From a virus (lineage: Duplodnaviria; Caudoviricetes): a DNA stretch of 64,000 bases. This document shows, piece after piece, positions 1-7,917 of this stretch. The position numbers were made by a program, and so were the translations under genes. Within the stretch, counting starts at the first letter, position 1, and every line of letters begins with the position of its first letter. The notes beneath the pieces are model-generated. The model did no database searches and had not been told where the DNA came from. It saw only the letters and a list, made by a program, of their open reading frames with translations. The stretch covers positions 1 through 64,000 of the IMG/VR virus record IMGVR_UViG_3300009148_000002; one strand, given 5' to 3'.

Positions 1-424
1 CGCCACGCTCACGGCTCCGGCTCTAGTGAAGGCTGGCAACATCTACGTGAGGGAAAACGCCACGCTCACGGCTCCGGCTCTAGCTGAAGTGGCTGGCTAC
101 ATCTACGTGATGGAAAACGCCACGCTCACGGCTCCGGCTCTAGTGAAGGCTGGCAACATCTACGTGAGGGAAAACGCCACGCTCACGGCTCCGGCTCTAG
201 CTGAAGTGGCTGGCTACATCGACGTGATGAAAAACGCCACGCTCACGGCTCCGGCTCTAGTGAAGGCTGGCAACATCTACGTGATGGAAAACGCCACGCT
301 CACGGCTCCGGCTCTAGCTGAAGTGGCTGGCTACATCGACGTGATGAAAAACGCCACGCTCACGGCTCCGGCTCTAGTGAAGGCTGGCTACATCTACGTG
401 AGGGAAAACGCCACGCTCACGGCT
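1..424. repeat. Tandem repeat of alternating 57/60-bp units (117-bp higher-order period)
   Basis: CGCCACGCTCACGGCTCC starts at 1, 58, 118, 175, 235, 292, 352 and 409. Confidence 0.95.
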
Positions 425-448
425 CCTAAACTAAAACGCAAACTTTAA
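2..448 (+). CDS. 5'-truncated tandem-repeat (beta-solenoid/LRR-like) protein
   Basis: Frame is open from base 2; alternating 19/20-aa repeats ATLTAPAL(VK|AEV)AG(N|Y)I(Y|D)V(R|M)(E|K)N. Confidence 0.8.
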   Translation, partial: ATLTAPALVKAGNIYVRENATLTAPALAEVAGYIYVMENATLTAPALVKAGNIYVRENATLTAPALAEVAGYIDVMKNATLTAPALVKAGNIYVMENATLTAPALAEVAGYIDVMKNATLTAPALVKAGYIYVRENATLTAPKLKRKL

Positions 449-514
449 CGGCGGTTTTGATCGTCCGCCGTGCGGGGAGGGTACTAACCCGCGAATTTTA
501 ACTAAGAAATCCAG

Positions 515-715
515 ATGACAACTCATTGCGGAGAATGCGGATCAGAAAAGTGTAATCACGGAAACTGTCCAGAGTGCAATCCATGCCGCCATTGTTACGG
601 CGGCGACCGATCCAACAAATACTTTGGCGAAGATGACAAGCGGCAGCAAAAATCCGGGTCGGATATTGACCATTACCTTGACCGCCATCCACTGGCAGAA
701 TTTGGAGACGAATGA
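515..715 (+). CDS. Small Cys-rich hypothetical protein
   Basis: CxxC motifs; ATGA overlap with next ORF. Confidence 0.6.
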   Translation: MTTHCGECGSEKCNHGNCPECNPCRHCYGGDRSNKYFGEDDKRQQKSGSDIDHYLDRHPLAEFGDE

Positions 716-822
716 TAACCGACATCAAACCACCGCGCTTTGATTGGATCGGCGCAATCGTAATCGCTCTAGCCGTCGCGCCGTTCGCGTGGTTTGTTCT
801 GGCGCTGCTGCTCTCGTTGTGA
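712..822 (+). CDS. 36-aa single-TM peptide
   Basis: MITDIKPPRFDWIGAIVIALAVAPFAWFVLALLLSL; ATGA coupling; below ORF-track cutoff. Confidence 0.5.
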   Translation: MITDIKPPRFDWIGAIVIALAVAPFAWFVLALLLSL

Positions 823-871
823 GAGCGAAATATAGCTTGACGCGAAGTAAAACAACTGGCTTAATCGTCAA

Positions 872-1633
872 ATGAACAAAGAGCTTGAACTGATGCCGGC
901 GAATCGAAGTGCGCCAGTGGTCGCCATTGAGACTAAGAAACCACAGCGCAGCGTCGGCGACCTGCTAGAGATGGTGGTTGAGCGCGGACTAACAGCGGAG
1001 AATGTTGCTGCATTCAAAGACCTTGTTCAGCTACACCGCGAAGAAGTGAAGCTGAATGCCGAGCGGGAATTTGCATCCGCGTTTATTGTTTTGTTAAAGG
1101 AACTGCCAACGATTGTTGGTGTTAGGCCGATACCTGACAAGCATGGCAATGTGAAGTTCCGGTATGCCAACTTCGAGGACATAGACGAAATTGTGAGGCC
1201 GATTTGTCTAAGAAACGGGTTTAGCTACGCCTTCCGAGAAACCGGAATGGAAGCTGGCCGGGTAACGGTCACTATGACTTTGCAACACTCTGGAGGTCAC
1301 TCGCGGGAAATACCTTACACTGTTAGAATCGGATCAGGTCCACCGGGGGCCAACGAGTCTCAAGCGGACGGTTCTGGACACACCTACGGTAAGCGAGGGG
1401 CCATTGAGAGCGGGCTGTCGCTTCGCATCGTTGGAGCGCGTGAGGATGCCACGATGGAAGGTGATTTTATATCAAAAGAGCAAGCCTTTGAATTAGAGCG
1501 TCGGGTTGCTGAAACCAATTCCAACAAGGAAGCGTTCCTTAAATTCGCCGGCGCTGCTAAGTTTGAAGAAATCCGCGCTGGCAAATACGACACGCTTGAT
1601 TCATTTCTGCGCCGGAAAGAAAATCCAAAATGA
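872..1633 (+). CDS. erf: ERF-family ssDNA-annealing protein
   Basis: FRYANFEDIDEIVRPI, LQHSGGHS and GSGHTYGKRGAI match ERF core motifs; next to a YqaJ-like exonuclease. Confidence 0.8.
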   Translation: MNKELELMPANRSAPVVAIETKKPQRSVGDLLEMVVERGLTAENVAAFKDLVQLHREEVKLNAEREFASAFIVLLKELPTIVGVRPIPDKHGNVKFRYANFEDIDEIVRPICLRNGFSYAFRETGMEAGRVTVTMTLQHSGGHSREIPYTVRIGSGPPGANESQADGSGHTYGKRGAIESGLSLRIVGAREDATMEGDFISKEQAFELERRVAETNSNKEAFLKFAGAAKFEEIRAGKYDTLDSFLRRKENPK

Positions 1634-2319
1634 TTATCTCTCCGCACGCGCAAGGATCGGTCGAGTGGCAGCTAGCCCGCTCTGGCATTCCAACGGCTTC
1701 CGAATTCGACAACATCGTGACATCGAAAATGGTGTTGCGAGATAGTCAAATGCTGGAAACCTACTTGGCTCGCAAGCTGGCGGAAAAATGGCTTGGCGGG
1801 CCTGTGGCGAGTCTAAACGTGTTTGACGCCGACCAAGGTAAGATTTTAGAAGAAGAAGCTATTCCGTGGTACGAACTCGAATTTAGTGAAGCAATCCAGC
1901 GCGTTGGTCTAATCACGACCGATGACGGTCGCATTGGCTGCTCACCTGACGGGCTTCTTGGCGATAACTGTGGAGTAGAATTTAAGTGTCCGAAGATTGA
2001 AACGCATATCGGCTACTTGCTGGCCGGCGAGGTTCCTAAAGATTACCTGCCACAAGTGTATGGTGCGTTGCTGGTGACTGGTCGTCCATCGTGGAAGTTT
2101 GTCAGCTATCGCCGACGCTTGCCAGCGCTGGTGAAAGTCGTTGAGCGAGACGAGTCTATTCTAGCACGACTGCAAGACGCGCTGGATAAATTTCTGAAAA
2201 GGTTCGATGAGGGCTACGCCCGCCTCTGCGACATGAACGGTGGGCCACCTAAGCATTTAACGCCGCCGATTCCAAAACCCGAACAACACGAACCAAACGA
2301 CGACGTGCCGACTCCATGA
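1630..2319 (+). CDS. YqaJ/lambda-exonuclease-like viral recombinase
   Basis: QGSVEWQLARSGIPTASEF, GCSPDGL, VEFKCP, YLPQV motifs. Confidence 0.9.
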   Translation: MIISPHAQGSVEWQLARSGIPTASEFDNIVTSKMVLRDSQMLETYLARKLAEKWLGGPVASLNVFDADQGKILEEEAIPWYELEFSEAIQRVGLITTDDGRIGCSPDGLLGDNCGVEFKCPKIETHIGYLLAGEVPKDYLPQVYGALLVTGRPSWKFVSYRRRLPALVKVVERDESILARLQDALDKFLKRFDEGYARLCDMNGGPPKHLTPPIPKPEQHEPNDDVPTP

Positions 2320-2759
2320 ATATCGCCGACTCAATCAAGCAGGTTCGCCAGCGCATCGAGCGCGACGAAAAGATTATCGAAGCCCTGAACCTCATCGCCG
2401 AGCGGCTGCCATCGCTTGAATGTAGTCATTCGGTGCAAATAGCTGGCATTGACTTTGATCGTCCAACCCGCGAACAGACACTTGAAATCATTCGTGGTCT
2501 GGCCGCTGGCAAATGGGTGAAGTCGGTTAATTATGATGGCGACAAACTTAATTACGTGAACGACACGATGTTTGCTGGCTTGAGTCTTCGGATTTGGGCA
2601 TCACCGCCGCCACCGTCATGCCGGATTATTGAGATCGAGGAAGACGTTCCTGAACAAATCGTTGCCGCACATAAGAAAAAGGTGCGCAAGCTCGTTTGCA
2701 GCGAGGTCGGTCACGAGCCTCCAAAGCTAGTCGAGGAAATGGTTGAGGCTGCACCATGA
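2316..2759 (+). CDS. Hypothetical protein
   Basis: ATGA-coupled ORF in early operon. Confidence 0.7.
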   Translation: MNIADSIKQVRQRIERDEKIIEALNLIAERLPSLECSHSVQIAGIDFDRPTREQTLEIIRGLAAGKWVKSVNYDGDKLNYVNDTMFAGLSLRIWASPPPPSCRIIEIEEDVPEQIVAAHKKKVRKLVCSEVGHEPPKLVEEMVEAAP

Positions 2760-2932
2760 AAATGATTGTCAAAACCGGAAAGGTTATTTTCCAGAGCCAA
2801 GACGGGAAAATAGAAATCGAAGTCAAGGCGTCCAAAGATGGATTAGAAGTGACATCGGACTCGCAATTGTTCATGGGGCGACGCGGGAGAAATCACGTAA
2901 CAATCCAATGGCTTAACGGAACGGAAAAATGA
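2756..2932 (+). CDS. 58-aa hypothetical protein
   Basis: MKMIVKTGKVIFQSQDGK...; ATGA overlaps on both sides; not in ORF track. Confidence 0.65.
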   Translation: MKMIVKTGKVIFQSQDGKIEIEVKASKDGLEVTSDSQLFMGRRGRNHVTIQWLNGTEK

Positions 2933-3198
2933 AAATAGAAAACCAATTGCGGATAATGGCTCGCGAAGACAACTGCTGCGTGCGGCTAGCGGACGGCGAG
3001 AAAATATTCATTGGCTCAATCACGATTGGCCAAGATGAGTGCGGCGATTTTATTAACGCTTTGTCCAAGTGTCTGTACAAATTAAAGAAGGCAAAACAAG
3101 CTGTTCCAGCAGACGCTTCTGGCGCGACGATTCCGGCAGATTCAACACCGCCAGAATTGTTGCAGGCAGCGTTGGTTGAAAAAGCGAATCTCACATGA
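2929..3198 (+). CDS. Hypothetical protein
   Basis: ATGA-coupled ORF. Confidence 0.65.
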   Translation: MKIENQLRIMAREDNCCVRLADGEKIFIGSITIGQDECGDFINALSKCLYKLKKAKQAVPADASGATIPADSTPPELLQAALVEKANLT

Positions 3199-3521
3199 CC
3201 CTGCTCGAATTCTTGGACAGGCTGCCACCGAGAGCGTGCCGATTGCTGGCGCGGGTGAATGGCCGTGCGATGACGGCTAGGCAGATTGGCAAGGCTGGCG
3301 GGTTGCATCCGTCCACGGTGCATATCCTATCCGAGATGGACAGCTTTGCACACGTTACTATAAGCACAGCGTCAAAGTATCTCGTCGGCTGCGGGATCGA
3401 CGTTTTTCATCTGCGTCGCCAGTGGGAGTTCATCAAGCGGCAGGAGAAAAACAAGCGCGGTATGGCGCACATTAGGCGAGCGAAGCGGCCTAGTTATTTC
3501 AAGAGATTGGCTAAAACATGA
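3195..3521 (+). CDS. Basic, possibly HTH DNA-binding protein
   Basis: MTARQIGKAGGLHPSTVHIL is HTH-like; directly upstream of the integrase. Confidence 0.5.
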   Translation: MTLLEFLDRLPPRACRLLARVNGRAMTARQIGKAGGLHPSTVHILSEMDSFAHVTISTASKYLVGCGIDVFHLRRQWEFIKRQEKNKRGMAHIRRAKRPSYFKRLAKT

Positions 3522-4465
3522 ACGAGCTAGTCCCATACGTCTCACCGCCGCAGTTGGCCAAAGCGAACACGCTGGCGAACCGCGTCGGTGAATACCTCAA
3601 AGACTTGCAGGATCGTAAGTGTTCTGAGTTCTCGGTTCGCAACATGAGGGTTGTGTTGGAACACTTCGAGTTGTTCTGTGCGGGCCGGCACGTTATTCCG
3701 CAAACGGTTCGCGAATGGTGCGACGCGGTTGGCACGTCTGGCCGAAAGCCTGGCACGGTTGACTTGTATCAGCGGCACTTGAAGTCATTCTTGATTTGGA
3801 TGGACAGGCGCGACTATATCACGGGCTTGCGTGAGCTAGTGCGCGTGTTCAATCGAGTCACAATTCCGAAACGCCCGGTGACAACTATCACGCTGGAAGA
3901 ATACGAAAGGCTACGCGATGCTTCCGTTGGCACACCGATGTATTACCTTGTTGTGATGGGTTATTGGACCGGCTTGCGTGGCGTTGGTGCCTGCCTACTC
4001 CAGTGGGTCAATGTCGATTTAGAGCGTTTTCACATTCGGGTTGTTGAACGGAAGGTTTCCAAGTGGGGCATCACATCGACCCCGCCGATCCCGCCCGGTG
4101 GTGAGCTTCATGCGATGTTGGTTGAGATGCAGAGGAATCCATCTGACGAGTGGCCTGGCCGCGCCTACGTGCACCCGTACTGGGCCAATGAATACATGAA
4201 GGGCTACTTGCCTGATTCTAAATTTAGCGCCCTGTGTAAAAAGGTTGGAGTAAAGAAAAGCTATCACGATTTTCGGCGCGGTTATACGTCAACGCTTCTC
4301 GACGCTGGCGTATCGCCGGCTCTGGTTGCTAAAATGACTGGACATTCAAACATTCAGGAATTGATGACGTATTACAAAGCAGACGAAGCCGCCATGCACG
4401 CGGCCATGAACTCAGCTTTCGCGAAACAGAAACAACAAACAGGAAGCGTCACGCTAACACAATGA
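3518..4465 (+). CDS. Tyrosine recombinase (phage integrase-like)
   Basis: TGLRG (R), HDFRR (HxxR), GHSN (H) and LMTYY (Y); lacks the IntI-specific insertion. Confidence 0.9.
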   Translation: MNELVPYVSPPQLAKANTLANRVGEYLKDLQDRKCSEFSVRNMRVVLEHFELFCAGRHVIPQTVREWCDAVGTSGRKPGTVDLYQRHLKSFLIWMDRRDYITGLRELVRVFNRVTIPKRPVTTITLEEYERLRDASVGTPMYYLVVMGYWTGLRGVGACLLQWVNVDLERFHIRVVERKVSKWGITSTPPIPPGGELHAMLVEMQRNPSDEWPGRAYVHPYWANEYMKGYLPDSKFSALCKKVGVKKSYHDFRRGYTSTLLDAGVSPALVAKMTGHSNIQELMTYYKADEAAMHAAMNSAFAKQKQQTGSVTLTQ

Positions 4466-4671
4466 GCGCAAAAGCAATGACTGCACAACAGGAAAAGCAT
4501 ATCGTGGATTTATTAAATATCGTGCAACTCTACAGCCATCTCGGCAAACAAATCGAGCTTGGTCAGTGGTCCGGAGCGGTGGTGATCTCCGAGGCGCTGT
4601 CGCAGAACATCCGTCAGCAGGTTGTGGTGCAATTCGAGAACGAGGAAACCGAGATTTCGATGCCGGCATGA
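4462..4671 (+). CDS. Hypothetical protein
   Basis: ATGA-coupled ORF. Confidence 0.6.
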   Translation: MSAKAMTAQQEKHIVDLLNIVQLYSHLGKQIELGQWSGAVVISEALSQNIRQQVVVQFENEETEISMPA

Positions 4672-5039
4672 AACCAACCACCTACAACCCGAAGATCGTG
4701 ATTGCTTACTTCAGGGCGTGCGGCGTGCCGTTGCCGCTGGTTGAATACCCGTTTAACAAGCCAGAAAGCCGTCACAGGTTTGATTTTGCGTGGCCATTTT
4801 CTTCTCCCACGCCGCTCGCCTTGGAAATCAACGGAGCGATTCACGGGATCGGAAAGCCGTGCCCTGTTTGCCATCGTCGCCAGACGGGCGGGCATACATC
4901 TGGAACAGGCGCGAGGCGAGACATGGACAAAATGAACTTCGCAGCGGCCAAGGGCTACAGGGTTATCTACTGCGAACCAAGAGAACTGATGACTCAGAAA
5001 ACCGTTGACCTAATCAAGCGGTGCCTTGGGATTGGATAA
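4668..5039 (+). CDS. PD-(D/E)xK nuclease, Vsr/DUF559-like
   Basis: RHRFDFAWP...LALEING...RDMDKMNFAAAKGYRVI; start moved to ATG 4668; stop lies in the attC R' core. Confidence 0.75.
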   Translation: MKPTTYNPKIVIAYFRACGVPLPLVEYPFNKPESRHRFDFAWPFSSPTPLALEINGAIHGIGKPCPVCHRRQTGGHTSGTGARRDMDKMNFAAAKGYRVIYCEPRELMTQKTVDLIKRCLGIG

Positions 5040-5166
5040 CGACGAGGCCAGCAATGCGTCTGGTCGAACCTAAAACAACCGTGAATATGCTGACGAATCT
5101 CGAACAAGAAAAGAGCCAGTCCGAAGCCAATCGTAAAGACGCATTGGCTGCGCCGACTGGTTCGGA
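5034..5166 (-). other. attC site (133 bp)
   Basis: Minus strand: TCCGAAC-CAGTC-GGC[G]CAG[C]CAATGCGTCT...AGACGCATTGCTGGCC-TCGTC-GTTATCC; brackets are extrahelical bases. Confidence 0.85.
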
Positions 5167-5458
5167 AAAAACGTGGACAGACGAACAACTCAACTGGCTG
5201 CTCCGAGAAATCGAACTCAACGCCAAGCTCAAAGAGGCTGATAACAAAAAGCTCCTATGGCTGGCGATGAACACCGCCCCGTGGAAGTCGCTCGATGTGA
5301 TGGGCGTCGAAGCGGAAATCTTTGGTGAGATAGAAAACCGCCTCTATCCAGAATACGACGGCGAAACTGTGACGTTCGAGGAATGGGGATGGCGAACACC
5401 AACCGGCGACATACGATATTTGCCGAACGTCCGCATGAGCGAAGGCGCGGACAAGTGA
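5054..5458 (+). CDS. Cassette-borne hypothetical protein, antisense to its attC
   Basis: ATG lies inside attC 5034-5166 and the stop inside attC 5422-5515; cassette cores GTTCGGAAAAA (5160) and ATTTGCCGAAC (5418) match 9/11 as inverted repeats. Confidence 0.7.
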   Translation: MRLVEPKTTVNMLTNLEQEKSQSEANRKDALAAPTGSEKTWTDEQLNWLLREIELNAKLKEADNKKLLWLAMNTAPWKSLDVMGVEAEIFGEIENRLYPEYDGETVTFEEWGWRTPTGDIRYLPNVRMSEGADK

Positions 5459-5515
5459 AGGTCGAATTTGCGAGAGGCGTGCGCCCGCGCCTTTCGCTCC
5501 ATGCGGTGGTTGGGC
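5422..5515 (-). other. attC site (94 bp)
   Basis: Minus strand: GCCCAAC-CACCGCAT[G]GAGCGAA[A]GGCGCGG...CCGCGCCTTCGCTCATGCGGAC-GTTCGGC. Confidence 0.9.
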
Positions 5516-5540
5516 GGCACGGTCGAACTGAAAACACACT

Positions 5541-5699
5541 ATGAAAACAGGACAATGCTACTGGCGCTTTCGAGGCGAGAAAGCCTACCGCTATGGCTAC
5601 GCAACCGAAGCCGGACAAGGACTCTATCGCATGGGACTGTGGAACGGCGACACAAGCCACGGGCCAATCGTTGACCCGCACGACATCGAGGTGCGCTAG
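5541..5699 (+). CDS. 52-aa cassette-borne protein (first cassette, antisense)
   Basis: MKTGQCYWRFRGEKAYRYG...IEVR fills the cassette bounded by the perfect 11-bp inverted repeat GTTGGGCGGCA (5509) / TGCCGCCCAAC (5700). Confidence 0.7.
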   Translation: MKTGQCYWRFRGEKAYRYGYATEAGQGLYRMGLWNGDTSHGPIVDPHDIEVR

Positions 5700-5703
5700 T
5701 GCC

Positions 5704-5720
5704 GCCCAACAAGGATTATC
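5704..5720 (-). other. attI-like site
   Basis: Minus strand GATAATCCTT-GTTGGGC, 18 bp from the intI start; no attC hairpin follows; position is canonical for attI. Confidence 0.7.
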
Positions 5721-5738
5721 AAGCTCCAGTCGTGTAAT

Positions 5739-6692
5739 ATGAAAATCACAATCGCCATCAGTAATATGCGCGACATTATCAGGCGCAAGCATTTGTCTAT
5801 TGAGACTGAGCGTTCTTACTGCCAGTGGCTTGATAGGTTCTCTCGTTTTGTGGTAGAGCGGTGCCGCGACGGTAAGCCTGAACAAAAGATGGAAGCTTTT
5901 CTGACCCAACTCGCCAGACAGGATGTTTCGGCATCTACTCAAAACCAAGCTTTCTGCGCATTGCTATTTTTCTACAGAGAAGTGCTTAAATTGGAAATCG
6001 GAAAGGTGGATTCGTTGCGCGCTAAGAAGCCTGTGCATCTGCGTTATGCGCCGGAGGTTCACGATGTTAGGGCTTTGATCGCTAGGATTCAGGACGTAGG
6101 CGGATACCCGACGCGGCTGATCGTGAAACTGATTTACGGGTGCGGGATGCGCGTCACTGAGCCGCTGAATCTGCGCGTGAAGGATGTTCTCTTGTCCGAG
6201 TCGAAGCTGATTTTGCGCGGTGCCAAGGGTGGAAAGGACAGGTTTGTTTCAATCCCGTGTTCACTGGCCGGCGAGCTAGCGGCGCAACTCACTTTGGCGA
6301 AGTCCATCGGCGAACGCGACCGCTTGAATCGTCTGCCAGTCGCCTTGCCGGGCTTGCTGGTAACGAAATATCCGCATTGGCAATTCTTGGAAAAGTGGGC
6401 ATGGCTCTTTCCGGCGCACACGTCTTGCGTCCACCCGCGCACGGGAGTCACCGTGAGGTGGCGATGCCATGAGGCGAATGTGCAACGGTGCGTGCGCTCC
6501 GCCGCAAGGCCGATGGGCCTCGACATCACGCCACACCACCTGCGCCACGCCTACGCGACGCATTGCTTGAATGGCGGACAGAATCCGCGCGCGATTCAAC
6601 AAGCAATGGGACACTCACAACTGGAGACTACGATGGGGTATCTACACACAGAAGCATTAAGTGTTAGGAGTCCTATTGACGCAATATTATGA
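5739..6692 (+). CDS. intI: Integron integrase
   Basis: IIRRKHLSIETERSYCQW N-terminus; catalytic R, K, HxxR, H, Y (GMRVTE, AKGGKDR, HHLRH, GHS, GY); IntI-specific insertion ALPGLLVTKYP...WAWLFPA...HPRTG...HEANVQR. Confidence 0.93.
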   Translation: MKITIAISNMRDIIRRKHLSIETERSYCQWLDRFSRFVVERCRDGKPEQKMEAFLTQLARQDVSASTQNQAFCALLFFYREVLKLEIGKVDSLRAKKPVHLRYAPEVHDVRALIARIQDVGGYPTRLIVKLIYGCGMRVTEPLNLRVKDVLLSESKLILRGAKGGKDRFVSIPCSLAGELAAQLTLAKSIGERDRLNRLPVALPGLLVTKYPHWQFLEKWAWLFPAHTSCVHPRTGVTVRWRCHEANVQRCVRSAARPMGLDITPHHLRHAYATHCLNGGQNPRAIQQAMGHSQLETTMGYLHTEALSVRSPIDAIL

Positions 6693-7060
6693 ACGACGAA
6701 TCGACAACCCAGCCTCCAGTAGCGCCAAAGCCAAGGCGTCCACGCCAGCCAAAACACATCGTCATCGACGACACGGCGACACTCGAAAAATACGACGTGA
6801 TTCAGACATTCGGTACGAACGCGGGAATGCTTGGAATCGTCGTCGAGGTGCGCGAGTCCGACGTGAAGTGTTTTCATAAAACTCTGTCAGGCGAAGGCAA
6901 TCACTTCACCGTCGCGAAGGATAAATGCAAGAAGATCGGCACGAGCTTCATCCGCTGGAAGTCAATCGACAGCGGGCAGAAGCCATCAATTGGCCAGAGC
7001 AATGGCCAGCCGAGGATGCTTGCAAAAGCGCCAGCCTTCCCGCCCGATGTGGTTTCGTAG
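6689..7060 (+). CDS. Hypothetical protein
   Basis: ATGA-coupled to intI; C-terminus may run through a decayed attC. Confidence 0.7.
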   Translation: MNDESTTQPPVAPKPRRPRQPKHIVIDDTATLEKYDVIQTFGTNAGMLGIVVEVRESDVKCFHKTLSGEGNHFTVAKDKCKKIGTSFIRWKSIDSGQKPSIGQSNGQPRMLAKAPAFPPDVVS

Positions 7061-7065
7061 CCAAT

Positions 7066-7524
7066 ATGGAAAACAACGATAAGGCGCTGAGGTTGAAAAT
7101 TGCGGAGCTAGAGGCCGCTCGCTCTCAAGCTCTTGAACTGCTGGAGCAGCTATTACCAATAACATGGTCGGAAGATTGGGATGCTGATTTCGTGCGTGAC
7201 AAGCTGGAATGCGCCATCAGGTTTTGTGGTGGCATGGTTGAGAAGCCGAACATAACTGCCAGTCGCAAGGCGTCCGCAACTGCCAAGCGAAGCGGCAGTT
7301 GCGCTCCAGTGAATGGTTCTGAGGCGTCAAAGTGGAGATCCTGTTCTCGCTGGCCTGTCACTCTCGGCTTCCTCGAAAACCAACTGACGACCGACACGCA
7401 CGATACCCGCGAGCAAGCGGACGCCGTGTGCCAAATGCTCAAACGCGATGGCCTCGGCGGTGAAGGCCGAATCTTTCCAGAAGAAACATGGATTGAGGAG
7501 GTCAAGCCTCAGAAAAATTCTTAA
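7066..7524 (+). CDS. Hypothetical protein, probable in-frame fusion across an attC
   Basis: Start reassigned to ATG 7066; PNITASRK...PVNGS is encoded by attC 7245-7322. Confidence 0.65.
   Translation: MENNDKALRLKIAELEAARSQALELLEQLLPITWSEDWDADFVRDKLECAIRFCGGMVEKPNITASRKASATAKRSGSCAPVNGSEASKWRSCSRWPVTLGFLENQLTTDTHDTREQADAVCQMLKRDGLGGEGRIFPEETWIEEVKPQKNS
7245..7322 (-). other. Degenerate attC site
   Basis: Minus strand TCAGAAC-CATTC-ACT[G]GAGCGCAACTGCC...GGCAGTTGCG...AGT-TAT-GTTCGGC; L'-side pairing is imperfect. Confidence 0.6.
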
Positions 7525-7526
7525 AC
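7509..7526 (-). other. attI-like site with mutated core
   Basis: Plus strand AAA-AATTC-TTAAAC; GCCTCAGAAA (7506) matches the inverse of GTTCTGAGGC (7316) at 9/10. Confidence 0.5.
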
Positions 7527-7600
7527 CGACTCTGTAGCTTATCCATGACCACGGTTCAGACCATGAAAACCCCGCGCAAAGAAAAAGCCATCCGAATCAC

Positions 7601-7690
7601 CTGCAACCGCAGAAGTCAGCGAGGCCGGGCCGCTGACGCAACCAAAACATGAAGGCGAATCCCGGCCTTCGCTGGACTGAATTGTTCGAC
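7601..7690 (-). other. attC site (90 bp)
   Basis: Minus strand GTCGAAC-AATTC-AGT[C]CAGCGA[A]GGCCGGG...CCCGGCCTCGCTGACT-TCTGCG-GTTGCAG. Confidence 0.85.
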
Positions 7691-7692
7691 TT

Positions 7693-7917
7693 ATGGCTAT
7701 ACTGAAAGGCATCGGAAAACCCGGATCAGGGGCATACCTGCCTGTGAAACTGTATCGTGAATGGATCGCCAAAGTGCGCCGTCACGATCAACTCGAAGCG
7801 GCGCTTGAACGCATCGCAAAGGGTGAAACCGAAGTGCCCGGCCTCGCGCCGGAGTTTTACGGCCACGCCAAAGCCATCGCCGAGAAGGCTCTACGTGTTA
7901 AGTCGAACAATGATTAA
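7693..7917 (+). CDS. 74-aa cassette-borne protein (antisense)
   Basis: Bounded by the perfect 10-bp inverted repeat GTTCGACTTA (7684) / TAAGTCGAAC (7899). Confidence 0.7.
   Translation: MAILKGIGKPGSGAYLPVKLYREWIAKVRRHDQLEAALERIAKGETEVPGLAPEFYGHAKAIAEKALRVKSNND

Noticed and set aside
1-424. Repeats as a CRISPR array or a DGR template/variable pair
   Set aside because: No unique spacers, the array is in-frame coding, there is no reverse transcriptase or cas gene in the window, and the variation is not a TR/VR pattern
3085-3180. attC-like hairpin (TTCTGGCG/CGCCAGAA) in ORF 2929-3198
   Set aside because: L-box pairing and extrahelical-base position do not fit, and there is no inverted cassette core pair
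5229-5948. 239-aa minus-strand ORF across the cassettes, which would give conventional cassette polarity
   Set aside because: It crosses intI, attI and an attC without respecting cassette boundaries; the plus-strand ORFs fit the cassettes exactly
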